NCBI GenBank assembly: GCA_945861155.1
Contig: CAMATN010000004.1
Span: 3,237-67,236 of the forward strand
DNA from: Rhizobium sp. Q54
Lineage (GTDB): Bacteria > Pseudomonadota > Alphaproteobacteria > ATCC43930 > CGMCC-115725
Length of the DNA: 64,000 nucleotides
Direction: 5' to 3'
Every line of letters begins with the position of its first letter. Within the stretch, counting starts at the first letter, position 1. The position numbers were made by a program, and so were the translations under genes. Positions 17,418-26,950 of the stretch are shown one piece after another. The notes under the pieces were generated by a model that saw only the letters and a list, made by a program, of their open reading frames with translations, did no database searches and had not been told where the DNA came from.

Positions 17418-18329
17418 ATGACTTCGGTCCCGACCTATGCCACCCGGGCGAGCTTTCTTGGGATCGAGCGCGGCGATGCCGGGGCGGCGATCTGCGTCGC
17501 CGGCATTCCCTATGATTTCGGCACGTCGAACCGGCCGGGAGCCCGTTTCGGGCCCGCGGCGATCCGAGCGGCGAGCCGCATGCTGGTCGATGGCGATCAC
17601 CCGATCGCCGGGGTAGCGCCGGCCGATTCCGACATCGCCGATATCGGCGATTTCCGCCTCGTGCATGGCGACATCCTGGGCTCGCTCGCCGCGATCGAGG
17701 CGCAGGCGAAGCCGCTCAACCACCTCGTCGCGCTCGGCGGCGACCACACGATCACGCTGGGCTTGCTGCGCGCCCTGGCCGCCCGCGGCGGACTGAGCGC
17801 CCCGCCGTTGGCGCTCGTTCATTTCGACGCGCATGTCGATACCTGGCCGGACAGTTTCGGCCAGCGTTTCGGGCACGGATCGCCGTTCTACCACGCGATC
17901 GAGGAAGGGCTGATCGACCCGCACCGCACGGTGCAGATCGGCATCCGATCGCCGATGGAAAAATCGGTGCGGGACTGGACGGTGGCCAAGGGCGTCACGA
18001 TCCTGTTCGCCGAGGCGGTGCATGAAGAGGGGCCGCGGGCGACCGCGGAGCGCATCCGCGAGGTGGTCGGCGACAGACCGGCCTATCTGAGCTTTGACAT
18101 CGACGCGCTCGACCCGGCTTTCGCGCCGGGCACCGGCACCCCCGAGATCGGCGGCCTTTTTACGTGGCAGGCGCAGGCGATCCTACGCCGCCTCGCCGGC
18201 CTCAAGTTCCAGGGCATGGACGTCGTCGAGGTATCGCCGCCTTACGATGTCTCCGAGATCACCGCGCTCGCCGCCGCAACCTTTGCCTGGGAATACCTCG
18301 CGCTGCTCGCGCCCCGCGCAAGTCTTTGA
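17418..18329 (+). CDS. speB: agmatinase / ureohydrolase family protein
   Basis: Arginase-family motifs: GIPYDFGTSNRPGARFGP, LGGDHTIT, HFDAHVDTW, SFDIDALDPAFAPGTGTPE. Confidence 0.8.
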   Translation: MTSVPTYATRASFLGIERGDAGAAICVAGIPYDFGTSNRPGARFGPAAIRAASRMLVDGDHPIAGVAPADSDIADIGDFRLVHGDILGSLAAIEAQAKPLNHLVALGGDHTITLGLLRALAARGGLSAPPLALVHFDAHVDTWPDSFGQRFGHGSPFYHAIEEGLIDPHRTVQIGIRSPMEKSVRDWTVAKGVTILFAEAVHEEGPRATAERIREVVGDRPAYLSFDIDALDPAFAPGTGTPEIGGLFTWQAQAILRRLAGLKFQGMDVVEVSPPYDVSEITALAAATFAWEYLALLAPRASL

Positions 18330-18641
18330 CTCACCGAAAAAATTCCTTGAATAGCCGGCACAACGGCCCATCTATCGCCACCTGACGCAATCGCACGTGC
18401 CTAGAACCCCGCCACGGGGTGCTGCTACGACGTAACGCGTCTCTTTCGGCAGAGCCGGTCTCTTGTGGGCTGGCATCCTTAAGGGAACGGATATGGCTCG
18501 GCACGCGATGCGAAAACCTCGCACGATTGTTTGACCTCCCGGAGCGCATCGCTCCGAGGCGTCATTCACCCTGACTTGTCGCCGGCGCCGTGCCGTTATC
18601 GCGGAGCCGGGGTCGCCTCCTTTGCTTGGGAGGGTCGTGCC

Positions 18642-19880
18642 ATGGCGAAAACCCGTCTTGTTTCAGTACACCCGGCTGGGCGCGACGCTCTGCCGTCGGT
18701 CGATGCCATCGTCGGACGCGACCGCCCGTCGGAGCCGCTGCTGTGCCTGCGCCCGGCGACGATCGCCGCGGCGGCGCGGGATTTTGTCCGGTCGTTCCCG
18801 GGCGACGTGCTCTATGCCGTCAAGTGCAACCCGGAGCCGCGCGTGCTGCGCGCCGTGTGGGCCGGTGGAGTGCGCCATTTCGACTGCGCCTCCTTGCCCG
18901 AGATCGCGCTGGTGCGCCGGCTGCTGCCGGGGGCAGAGGTGCATTTCATGCATCCGGTCAAGGCGCGTCCGGCGATCCATGCCGCGTTCCACCGGTACGG
19001 CGTCACCGATTTCGCCTTCGACAGCGCCGATGAACTCGAAAAGATCGTGCAGGAGACCGTGCCGGTGGGGCTGGTTGGCGCGCCCCTGGTTTTGGGCTTG
19101 TTTGTGCGGCTCGCCGTCGCGCAAGGCGGCGCCTACGATCTGTCGGGCAAGTTCGGCGTGCCGGCGATGGAGGCGGCCGCGCTGCTGCGCGCGGCGCGTC
19201 CGCATGCGGCGCGGCTCGGCATCTGCTTTCACGTCGGGTCGCAATGCCTCGACCCCGGCGCCTATGCACGTGCGATGGCGCTGGCCGCCGAGGCAGTCGC
19301 GCTGTCGGGGGTGGCGGTCGACATCGTCGATGTCGGCGGCGGCTTTCCAGTCAGCTATCCCGATGCGACGCCGCCGCCGCTCGATCACTATGTCGGCGCG
19401 ATCGGCGACGGCGCGGCGCGGTTCGGCGCGGCCGGGCTCGGCGCGACCGGGCTCGACAATGGCGTGCGGCTGTGGGCCGAGCCGGGTCGGGCGCTTGTCG
19501 CCGGCGGCGGGTCGGTCGTCGTGCAGGTACAGCTGCGCCGCGGCGACGCGCTCTACGTCAATGACGGCGTCTACGGCAGCCTCAGCGATGCCGGCCGCCC
19601 GGGCTTCCTTTTCCCGGCCCGGCGCATCCCGGTCGATCGGGCCGAGGCGGAGGACGCGCCGCTGCGCGAGTTCGCCCTCTATGGGCCGACCTGCGACAGC
19701 GCCGACCATATGAAGGGGCCGTTCCTGCTGCCCGCCGATATCGAGGAAGGCGACTGGATCGAGCTGGGCCAGCTCGGCGCCTATGGTGCGTGCCTGCGCA
19801 CCCGCTTCAACGGCTTCGACGGGGCGGTGACGATCGAAGTCGCCGACCCGCCGATGCTCGCGACGCCGGGGTACGGTTGA
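18642..19880 (+). CDS. PLP-dependent decarboxylase, Orn/Lys/Arg/DAP decarboxylase family 2
   Basis: YAVKCNPEP (PLP lysine), HVGSQ, GGGFP. The ATG at 18642 follows GGGAGGG. Confidence 0.8.
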   Translation: MAKTRLVSVHPAGRDALPSVDAIVGRDRPSEPLLCLRPATIAAAARDFVRSFPGDVLYAVKCNPEPRVLRAVWAGGVRHFDCASLPEIALVRRLLPGAEVHFMHPVKARPAIHAAFHRYGVTDFAFDSADELEKIVQETVPVGLVGAPLVLGLFVRLAVAQGGAYDLSGKFGVPAMEAAALLRAARPHAARLGICFHVGSQCLDPGAYARAMALAAEAVALSGVAVDIVDVGGGFPVSYPDATPPPLDHYVGAIGDGAARFGAAGLGATGLDNGVRLWAEPGRALVAGGGSVVVQVQLRRGDALYVNDGVYGSLSDAGRPGFLFPARRIPVDRAEAEDAPLREFALYGPTCDSADHMKGPFLLPADIEEGDWIELGQLGAYGACLRTRFNGFDGAVTIEVADPPMLATPGYG

Positions 19881-19886
19881 ACCGCG

Positions 19887-20357
19887 TCAGCGGCCCCACG
19901 GCATGATCGGGACGGTCGAGATCGAGTTTTGCGGCGAGCCTTCGACGATCTTGTCACTGATCGCGATGTAGACCAGCGTGTTGCGCTTGGCGTCGACGAC
20001 CCGATAAACGTGGGTGCGCTTGAAAAACACCGAGGTGCGCGCGGAATAGACCGATTCTTCTTCGGGCAGCTTGGCGGCGTCGATAGCGATCGGGCCGATC
20101 TGGCGGCAGGCGATCGAAAACCGCGACGGATCCTCGGCCAGCCCCAAACCGCCTTTGACGCCGCCGGTGCGGGCTTGGCTGATATGACAGGCGACGCCCG
20201 GCACCTTGGGATCGTCAAACCCGCTGACGCAGACCTTGTCGTTCGGCCCGATCAGCCGGAATGTCGTGCTGAGGCACGCCAGATCGTCGGCCCGCGCCGG
20301 CTGCGGCGACAACGCCGCGCCGGCCAGGATCAGGGCGAACAGGCGGCTAACATGCAT
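19887..20357 (-). CDS. creA: CreA family protein (signal peptide)
   Basis: FRLIGPNDKVCVSGFDDPKVPGVACHISQARTGGVKGGLGLAEDPSRFSIACRQIGPI matches the CreA pattern. The start is at MHVSRLFALILAG. Confidence 0.75.
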   Translation of the reverse strand: MHVSRLFALILAGAALSPQPARADDLACLSTTFRLIGPNDKVCVSGFDDPKVPGVACHISQARTGGVKGGLGLAEDPSRFSIACRQIGPIAIDAAKLPEEESVYSARTSVFFKRTHVYRVVDAKRNTLVYIAISDKIVEGSPQNSISTVPIMPWGR

Positions 20358-20401
20358 AACGGTTCCGCTCCGCGATGGCCATTTCGGTAACCAGGCTGTG
20401 T

Positions 20402-20827
20402 TCAATAGTAGAGAAACGTGTTGTGGAAGTGCTGGGCGCACACTTGGCGCAGATCGAGCACGACCGCGACCGGCCGGCGACCGCCGACCAGCGACACCGC
20501 GACGCTGATCCCCTTCAACTGCTCGCCATGATGGGGCGAGGACCGGCTGATTTCGGGGACTGCCGACACGGCCCGGACCGCGCCGCGCGGGGACGACGAG
20601 ACCACCGCCACGACGACTCGGCCGATGCTGCCGGTCGCGACAAAGCTGCGCAGTTCGTCGCCGCGCTCATCGACGAGGTCGCCGGCATCGAGCCTGATCT
20701 GCGCGCTGCGCGAGGGCCCGGCTGGGTCGTACTCGTCACAGGGAGCGGCCGACGCCATCATTGGGCAGCAGAGAGCAAAAAGCCCGGCGCCGCAGGCCGC
20801 CGACACCGATTTTCCCAAGCGCCGCAT
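20402..20827 (-). CDS. hypothetical secreted protein
   Basis: The ATG at 20827 has an SD (GGAGA). Signal-peptide-like MRRLGKSVSAACGAGLFALCCPMMASA. Confidence 0.45.
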   Translation of the reverse strand: MRRLGKSVSAACGAGLFALCCPMMASAAPCDEYDPAGPSRSAQIRLDAGDLVDERGDELRSFVATGSIGRVVVAVVSSSPRGAVRAVSAVPEISRSSPHHGEQLKGISVAVSLVGGRRPVAVVLDLRQVCAQHFHNTFLYY

Positions 20828-20842
20828 CGGTTCTCCTCGCGC

Positions 20843-20875
20843 CAATCCCGCCGGCAATCCCGCCGCCAATCCCGG
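20843..20875. repeat. 2.75 tandem copies of a 12-mer (CAATCCCGCCGG)
   Basis: CAATCCCGCCGG CAATCCCGCCGC CAATCCCGG, 16-48 nt upstream of the 20827 start codon. Confidence 0.8.
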
Positions 20876-21100
20876 TTGATATAACGCAGTTCGTTCGCCC
20901 CGGCGCATCGAAAACGTGGAGCGCTCGATGCCCGCGGTCTCTCCCTACGGCGGTCTCTCCCTACGATGGTGTTCGGCGGTCCGGCGCCTGGCGGATCGCT
21001 GATTGCAACTCCAGCGAATTTCGTGGACAAGCACCCGGACTGGCCCACCGATCGAACGAACCCACCGGAGGTTCGATCGACATCTCAGGAGATTTTGCGA

Positions 21101-21358
21101 ATGATGCGGATCGCTTTCGCCATACTTCTTGCCGCCGCCCTGGTGAGCCCTGCTTTCGCCGGGCCGGACGATGTCAAATGGGTCGCGCAATGCGTCCAGG
21201 ACAACAAGGATGAAAAAGTCGCCGTGGAGGTGATCACCAAATACTGCACCTGCATGAACGACAAGATGAGCGACAACGAGACCCAGTCGATCACGCAGTG
21301 GGAAAAGACCCATCCGACGGAACGCAGGGCCTGCGACCGCGAATCGGGCTGGCGCTAA
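21101..21358 (+). CDS. small secreted Cys-containing protein, 85 aa
   Basis: The ATG follows AGGAG. Signal peptide MMRIAFAILLAAALVSPAFA. Confidence 0.5.
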   Translation: MMRIAFAILLAAALVSPAFAGPDDVKWVAQCVQDNKDEKVAVEVITKYCTCMNDKMSDNETQSITQWEKTHPTERRACDRESGWR

Positions 21359-21578
21359 CAGCGGGGTTGCGTCCGGCATGCACGATCGCGCGATGGTCGT
21401 GCCGGCCGCGGCCACCCTCCCCTGCCCCCGCTCGCGGGGAGCGGATCGGACCTATCCTAATCCGCCAAGCGCAATGCAGGTCTGTTCGCGGAAATCAGCG
21501 ATTTCCGTCAACCGCTCTGTGCGGTATCGTCGCGCGACGGATTTGCCGCGAAATACCGCGTTGGAGGAGAGTCGGAGA

Positions 21579-22817
21579 ATGAGTGGAAATTACGCGCCGC
21601 TTAGCTGCCTGAATGGCGTTCGGGTCGTCGATCTGACGCAGTTTGAGGCCGGCCCCACCTGCACCGAGGCGATGGCATGGCTCGGTGCCGAGGTGGTCAA
21701 GATCGAGAACCCGATGCGGGGCGACCCCGGCCGCCAGGTCACCGGCATCGCCGCGAACGCCAGCGATTCCTATTACTTCAAGATCCTCAACGCCAACAAG
21801 AAATCGGCGACGGTGGATCTGAAGACCGCGCGCGGCATCGAGCTCGTCAAGGACATGGTCAAGAAGGCCGATGTCTTCATCGAGAACCTGGCGCCCGGCA
21901 CGATCGAGCGCTTGGGGCTCGGCTATGACGTGCTGAAGGCGATCAATCCCGGCATCATCTATGCCCAGGTCAAGGGCTTCGGCGAGGGCAGCCCGTACGA
22001 GCGCAGCCTCGCCTTCGACATGATAGCGCAGGCCGCCGGCGGCACGATGAGCGTCACCGGCGAGCAGGGTCAGCCGCCGGTCAAGCCCGGCTGCACGATC
22101 GGCGATACCGGCACCGGCATGCTGATGGCGATCAGCGTCCTCGGCGCGCTCTATGAAAAGCGCGAGACCGGCAAGGGCCGCCGCCTGCAGCTGGCGATGC
22201 AGGATTCGGTGATGCATTACATCCGGACCTCGTTCGCCGCGATGGCGAAGGAAGGCAGCACCAAGCCGGCACCGCGCATGGGCGCGCAAAGCACCTCCGG
22301 CGCGCCGGCCCCGTGCGGCATCTTCCCGACCAAGCCCGGCGGCTATAACGACTACGTTTATATCTTCTGCAGCCGCGCCAACCCCGAGCATTGGGATCGG
22401 CTGTTGAAGGTCATCGGCCGCGAGGATCTGCTCGGCGACCCGCGCTTCGCCTCCAACGACGAGCGCAACAAGCACGAGGGGCTGATCAACGAGATCCTGA
22501 CCGAGTGGACCAAGGAGCACACCAAGGAAGAGGCGATGCAGATCATCGGCGCGGCTGGTGTGCCGGCCGGCGCCGTCCACGATACGCTCGAACTGCAGAA
22601 CGACCCGAGCTTCGAGAAGCGCGGCATCATGCAGGTCATGGATCACCCCGACGGGGCGTGGAAGTGCGAGACTTGGCCGGTGCGCTTCGACGGCAAGCCG
22701 CCCGAGTTGAAGCCGTCGCCGAAGCTCGGCCAGCACACCGACGAGGTGTTCGCCAGCTGGCTCGACATGAGCGCCGGCGACATCAAGGCGCTGCGCCAGG
22801 AAAAAATCATCGGCTAG
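21579..22817 (+). CDS. family-III CoA-transferase, formyl-CoA transferase-like
   Basis: GVRVVDLTQFEAGPTCTEAMAWLGAEVVKIENPMRGDPGR. Collinear with Frc as I recall it. SD GGAGGAGA before the ATG at 21579. Confidence 0.8.
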   Translation: MSGNYAPLSCLNGVRVVDLTQFEAGPTCTEAMAWLGAEVVKIENPMRGDPGRQVTGIAANASDSYYFKILNANKKSATVDLKTARGIELVKDMVKKADVFIENLAPGTIERLGLGYDVLKAINPGIIYAQVKGFGEGSPYERSLAFDMIAQAAGGTMSVTGEQGQPPVKPGCTIGDTGTGMLMAISVLGALYEKRETGKGRRLQLAMQDSVMHYIRTSFAAMAKEGSTKPAPRMGAQSTSGAPAPCGIFPTKPGGYNDYVYIFCSRANPEHWDRLLKVIGREDLLGDPRFASNDERNKHEGLINEILTEWTKEHTKEEAMQIIGAAGVPAGAVHDTLELQNDPSFEKRGIMQVMDHPDGAWKCETWPVRFDGKPPELKPSPKLGQHTDEVFASWLDMSAGDIKALRQEKIIG

Positions 22818-22916
22818 AACGATCCAAACCAGCGGCGCACCTCGGTGCGCCGCTTCGGTTTTGGGCGTAAGGCTGCCCTGCGCTAGGGTAAAAAATTCGT
22901 TGAGAGGATGCCTCAC

Positions 22917-24563
22917 ATGGCGGAACTGACCGGTTCGGAAATCATCGCGAAATGCCTCAAAGCCGAGGGCGTCGAGGATGTATTCTACATCATGGGCGGC
23001 CCGATGCTGCTCACCGAGTCGAAATGCATCGAGCAGGGCATCCGCATGATCGACGTGCGCCACGAGCAGGCGGCGGCGTTCTCGGCGCAGGCCTATAGCC
23101 GGCTGCGGCAGAAACCCGGCATCTGCATGGCGGCGAGCGGCCCGGCGGCGATCAACCTGTCGACCGGGCTCGCCAATGCCCTGATAGATTGCTGCCCGGT
23201 GATCGGTTTCGGCGGCGCCAGCCCGATCAGCCAGTACGGCCGCCAAGTCTTCCAGGAAATCGACCAGATGGCGATCATGCGCGGCTGCGTCAAATACGCC
23301 GACCGCGTCGTCAACATCAAGCGCATCCCGCAACAGATCAATTTCGCCTTCCAGAAGGCGATGACCGGCAAGCCGGGACCGGTCTATCTCGATTGGCCGG
23401 GCGATGTGCTCTATCAAAAGATCGAAGAGTCGCAGGTCGACTGGAGCTATGCCGGAAGGCCGATCGTCGCGGCCCGGCCCTATGCCGAGCCGAAGGCGAT
23501 CAACGCGCTCGTCGACGCGATCAACAGCGCCAAGCAGCCGATCATCGCCTCGGGCGGCGGCGTGATCTGGTCGCAGGCCTGGAACGAGATGCGGCAGTTC
23601 GTCGAAAAGGCCGGCATCCCGTTCTTCACCACTCCGCAAGGCCGCGGCGTGGTGCCCGACGACCATCCGTATTCGTACCTGACGATGCGCTCGACGGCGT
23701 TCCGCGACGCCGATCTGATCATCGTGCTCGGCACCAGGATGAACTACATCATCGGCCATGCCGCGCCGCCGCGTTTTGGCGCCAACGCCAAGATCGCCCG
23801 CATCGAGATCGACGCCGAGGAACTCGGCATGTCGGCGCGCAACGTCGACATCCCGATCGTCGGCGATTGCAAATCGGTGTTGCAGCAGCTGATCGACGCG
23901 ATCCCGGCCAAGACCGCCGAGCGTTTCTCGGGGTGGCGCCAGAAGCTGGCCGACGGCGAGGCGGCCAAGCGCACCGGACCGGGCGGCAACTACCCGACCG
24001 ATGGCGACATCCACCCGCTGCGCCTCTTTGAAGAGGTCAAGAACTTCATGAAGCGCGACGCGATCCTCGTCGTCGACGGTCAGGAAACCTTGAATTTCGG
24101 GCGCCAGTCGATGCCGACCTTCGAGCCCGGCCATCGACTGAATTCGGGTCCGTTCGGCACGATGGGCGTCGGCCTGCCGTTCGCCGTCGGTGCCAAGGCG
24201 GCCTGCCCCGACAAGCAGGTCATCTGCTGTCATGGCGACGGATCGTTCGGCCTCAACGCGATGGAACTCGATACCGCGGTGCGGCACAATCTGCCGATCC
24301 TCGTCGTGATCAGCCTCAATGGCGGCTGGACCGCCGACCCGGAGCGCAACAAGCCCGGCCGCGACCTCGGCTACACCCGCTACGACAAGATGGCCGAGGG
24401 CCTGGGCTGCTACGGCGAATATGTCGAGAAGCCGGAAGACATCCGCCCGGCGCTCGAACGCGCCGGGAAGCAGGTCGACGAGGGCCGCGTCGCCCTGGTC
24501 AACGTCAAGACCGACTACCGCGCCCGCGCCGGCACGGTGCAGTTCTCCGACTACTCGACCTGA
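22917..24563 (+). CDS. thiamine-diphosphate enzyme, oxalyl-CoA decarboxylase / 2-hydroxyacyl-CoA lyase / acetolactate synthase family
   Basis: Three-domain ThDP layout (HEQAAAFSAQAY…, central domain, C-terminal GDGSFG…N motif). The ATG at 22917 has better SD spacing than 22908. Confidence 0.8.
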   Translation: MAELTGSEIIAKCLKAEGVEDVFYIMGGPMLLTESKCIEQGIRMIDVRHEQAAAFSAQAYSRLRQKPGICMAASGPAAINLSTGLANALIDCCPVIGFGGASPISQYGRQVFQEIDQMAIMRGCVKYADRVVNIKRIPQQINFAFQKAMTGKPGPVYLDWPGDVLYQKIEESQVDWSYAGRPIVAARPYAEPKAINALVDAINSAKQPIIASGGGVIWSQAWNEMRQFVEKAGIPFFTTPQGRGVVPDDHPYSYLTMRSTAFRDADLIIVLGTRMNYIIGHAAPPRFGANAKIARIEIDAEELGMSARNVDIPIVGDCKSVLQQLIDAIPAKTAERFSGWRQKLADGEAAKRTGPGGNYPTDGDIHPLRLFEEVKNFMKRDAILVVDGQETLNFGRQSMPTFEPGHRLNSGPFGTMGVGLPFAVGAKAACPDKQVICCHGDGSFGLNAMELDTAVRHNLPILVVISLNGGWTADPERNKPGRDLGYTRYDKMAEGLGCYGEYVEKPEDIRPALERAGKQVDEGRVALVNVKTDYRARAGTVQFSDYST

Positions 24564-24582
24564 GGTCAGCCCTTCCTTTTCT

Positions 24583-24607
24583 CCCTCCCCCGCCGCGCGG
24601 GGGAGGG
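24583..24607. repeat. GC-rich REP-like hairpin (CCCTCCCCCG / CGGGGGAGGG)
   Basis: 10-bp perfect stem with a 5-nt loop and no T-tract. Related motifs occur at about 21416-21440 and 27723-27748. Confidence 0.6.
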
Positions 24608-24689
24608 TTGAGGCAGGGCCGACACGAAAAGGGGCGCCTCCGAGTTCTGTGCTTTCAGGAATTCGGCGTGGCCAATCACGGAGAGCCCA

Positions 24690-25853
24690 TTGTTCCCGAC
24701 CCTGACCGACGAGCAGCGCCAATTCGTCCACACCGTGCGCGAATTGGCGCAGAGCGAGTTTCGCGAGCGCGCGCCGCGCTACATGGACGGCACCTTTCCG
24801 TGGGAGAACATGAAGGCGCTCGCCGAACTGGGCGTGCTCGGCATGGCGGTGCCGGAGGAATATGGCGGGCTGGGCCTGCCGGTGTTCGACACCGCGCTGG
24901 TGCTCGAGGAGATCGCCAAGGTCTGCTACGTAACCGCGATGGCGGTATTGGGCGAAGTCGGGGTGCAGACCCGCATCATCTCGGCCTATGCGCCCGAGGC
25001 GATCAAGCGGCGCATCCTGCCCGACGTGTGCAGCGGCGAGTGCCTGCTGGCGATCTGCATGACCGAGCCCGACGCCGGCACGGACGTTGCCAATTACAAG
25101 ACCAATGTCGACCGCATCGGCAACCGGCTGCGCCTCAACGGGGTCAAGACGTTGATCAGCCGCGCCGAGGAGGCCGGCATGTTCGTCGTCTTCACCCGCA
25201 TCGACAAGAAGCCTGGGCGCGAGGGCACCGGCTGCGTGCTGGTCGAGAAGGGCACGCCGGGTTTCACCGTCACCGGCACCTATCACACGATGGGCGGCGA
25301 GAATCTGCACGAGATCCGTTTCGAGGATTGCGAGTTGCCGCCCGAGAACCTCGTGCTCGAAGACGGCTTTCGCAAATTGCTGTCGGCCTTCAACACCCAG
25401 CGCTGCCTGAACCCGAGCATATCGCTCGGGCTCGCAGAGGGAGCGTTCGAGGAGGCCGTCAAATACGCCAAGGAGCGCCAGGTATTCGGTCGCGCGGTCG
25501 CCGATTTCCAAGGCATCCGCTGGAAGATCGCCGAGATGTACCGCGACATCGAGGCGAGCCGCTCGATCCTCTACCGCGCCTGCGCCACCGCCGACCCGTT
25601 CCCCGACCCGCTGCTGGCCGCCGCCGCCAAAGTCACGGTCAACGAGATGGCGCTGCGGGTCACCAGCGACGCGATCCAGGTGCATGGCGGCTATGGGTTT
25701 ACCGACGAGTACCCGGTGTCGCGGTTTTATCGCGGGGCGCGCTACGGCACCCTGGGCGGCGGCACCTCGGAGACCTTGCGCGACCTGATCGGCAAGCGCG
25801 TCATCGCCGGGGTCGACCCGGTCGACGGGATCTTCGGCCTCGGTGCATTCTGA
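24690..25853 (+). CDS. acyl-CoA dehydrogenase
   Basis: TTG start after GGAGAG. ACAD pattern throughout (LAICMTEPDAGTDV…, YRDARI-like region, C-terminal helices). Confidence 0.85.
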   Translation: MFPTLTDEQRQFVHTVRELAQSEFRERAPRYMDGTFPWENMKALAELGVLGMAVPEEYGGLGLPVFDTALVLEEIAKVCYVTAMAVLGEVGVQTRIISAYAPEAIKRRILPDVCSGECLLAICMTEPDAGTDVANYKTNVDRIGNRLRLNGVKTLISRAEEAGMFVVFTRIDKKPGREGTGCVLVEKGTPGFTVTGTYHTMGGENLHEIRFEDCELPPENLVLEDGFRKLLSAFNTQRCLNPSISLGLAEGAFEEAVKYAKERQVFGRAVADFQGIRWKIAEMYRDIEASRSILYRACATADPFPDPLLAAAAKVTVNEMALRVTSDAIQVHGGYGFTDEYPVSRFYRGARYGTLGGGTSETLRDLIGKRVIAGVDPVDGIFGLGAF

Positions 25854-25878
25854 CCCCTCACAGCCCGGCGCGGCGCCG

Positions 25879-26676
25879 TTACACAGCCAGCTCCAGCGGC
25901 CCATAAAGCCAGGCCAGCCAGATCGCCGCTGCGAGATAGGGGCCGAACGGGACTCGCGTCGCCGCCGACAGCGGAACCCGCCGCAACAGGTGCACCGCCA
26001 GAACGACCGTCAGCGCCAGCGCCGCCGCCGTCAGGACGATCGCGGGCAGCGCCTGCCAGGAGAGCCAGGCGCCGCCCGCGGCCAGCAGTTTCGCGTCGCC
26101 GAGCCCCAACCCCTCGCGCCGGCGCAGTATCCGGTAAAGCCACCCGATCCCGGCCAGCGCGCCATAACCCAGCGCCGCGCCGAATACATGGTCTTGCAGC
26201 GAAGCGGGCGAGACCCAGGCGATTACGGCGAGCCCGGCGAGGAGGGTCGGCAATGTCAGGAAATCGGGCAGCCGATAGCAGCGCAAATCGATCAGGCTTA
26301 GCGCCAGGAGGGTCCAGCCGAGCGCGCAGCTGACCCACAGCAGCCAGCCCGACGCCACGGTCGCTGCCCAGAGCGCGATCCCGGCGGCGGCGAACTCGAC
26401 GGCGGGATAATGCCAGCCGATCACTGCCGCGCAGTCGCGGCAGCGGCCCTTCAACAGGACCCAGCCAACAATCGGCACGAGGTCGCGCGCCGCGATCGGC
26501 GCGTGGCAGGCAGGACAGGCCGAGCGTCCGAATGCAACGCCGTCCAGCCCGGGATAACGCAACACCGTCACCAGCACGAAACTGCCGATAAAGGGGCCCA
26601 GGATGACGGGAAACAAATCGGCTGCGATCACTGAACGAGCGCCTTGACGACGCGCCGGGCCAATGGCCGAGCGCAA
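25879..26676 (-). CDS. A24-family prepilin peptidase (PilD/GspO type)
   Basis: N-terminal Cys box (CPACHAPI…GRCRDC), multiple TM segments and the GLGDAKLLAAGGAWL catalytic Asp motif. Confidence 0.8.
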   Translation of the reverse strand: MRSAIGPARRQGARSVIAADLFPVILGPFIGSFVLVTVLRYPGLDGVAFGRSACPACHAPIAARDLVPIVGWVLLKGRCRDCAAVIGWHYPAVEFAAAGIALWAATVASGWLLWVSCALGWTLLALSLIDLRCYRLPDFLTLPTLLAGLAVIAWVSPASLQDHVFGAALGYGALAGIGWLYRILRRREGLGLGDAKLLAAGGAWLSWQALPAIVLTAAALALTVVLAVHLLRRVPLSAATRVPFGPYLAAAIWLAWLYGPLELAV

Positions 26677-26950
26677 TCGATCTTACAAACATCCCCGGCC
26701 CGACCGCCAGAGCCGGAGGTCGCCAACCTCGACCGCATCGAATACGGATGGCCGGCGCGCCCACCATCATCGGATGTCCCCAGCCGGGCAGGTGAATTTC
26801 ACTAAAATACAAAATAAAATCATCCGCAAGACTATTCAAATACCTGTTGTATTGCTTCAAGATATTTGGCGAAACGCGGCCTTGTTAACGAAACCCACAA
26901 TACTTGCCCGCGATATGATTGCTCGTCAGGGAATTGAACGAGCGAGCAGC

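Noticed and set aside
21495-25904. 1469-aa minus-strand ORF, the longest in this part of the window
   Set aside because: It is a shadow ORF typical of high-GC DNA, with Arg/Ala/Gly/Asp-rich low-complexity translation. The plus strand here carries three contiguous genes with clear family motifs (CoA-transferase, ThDP enzyme, acyl-CoA dehydrogenase).
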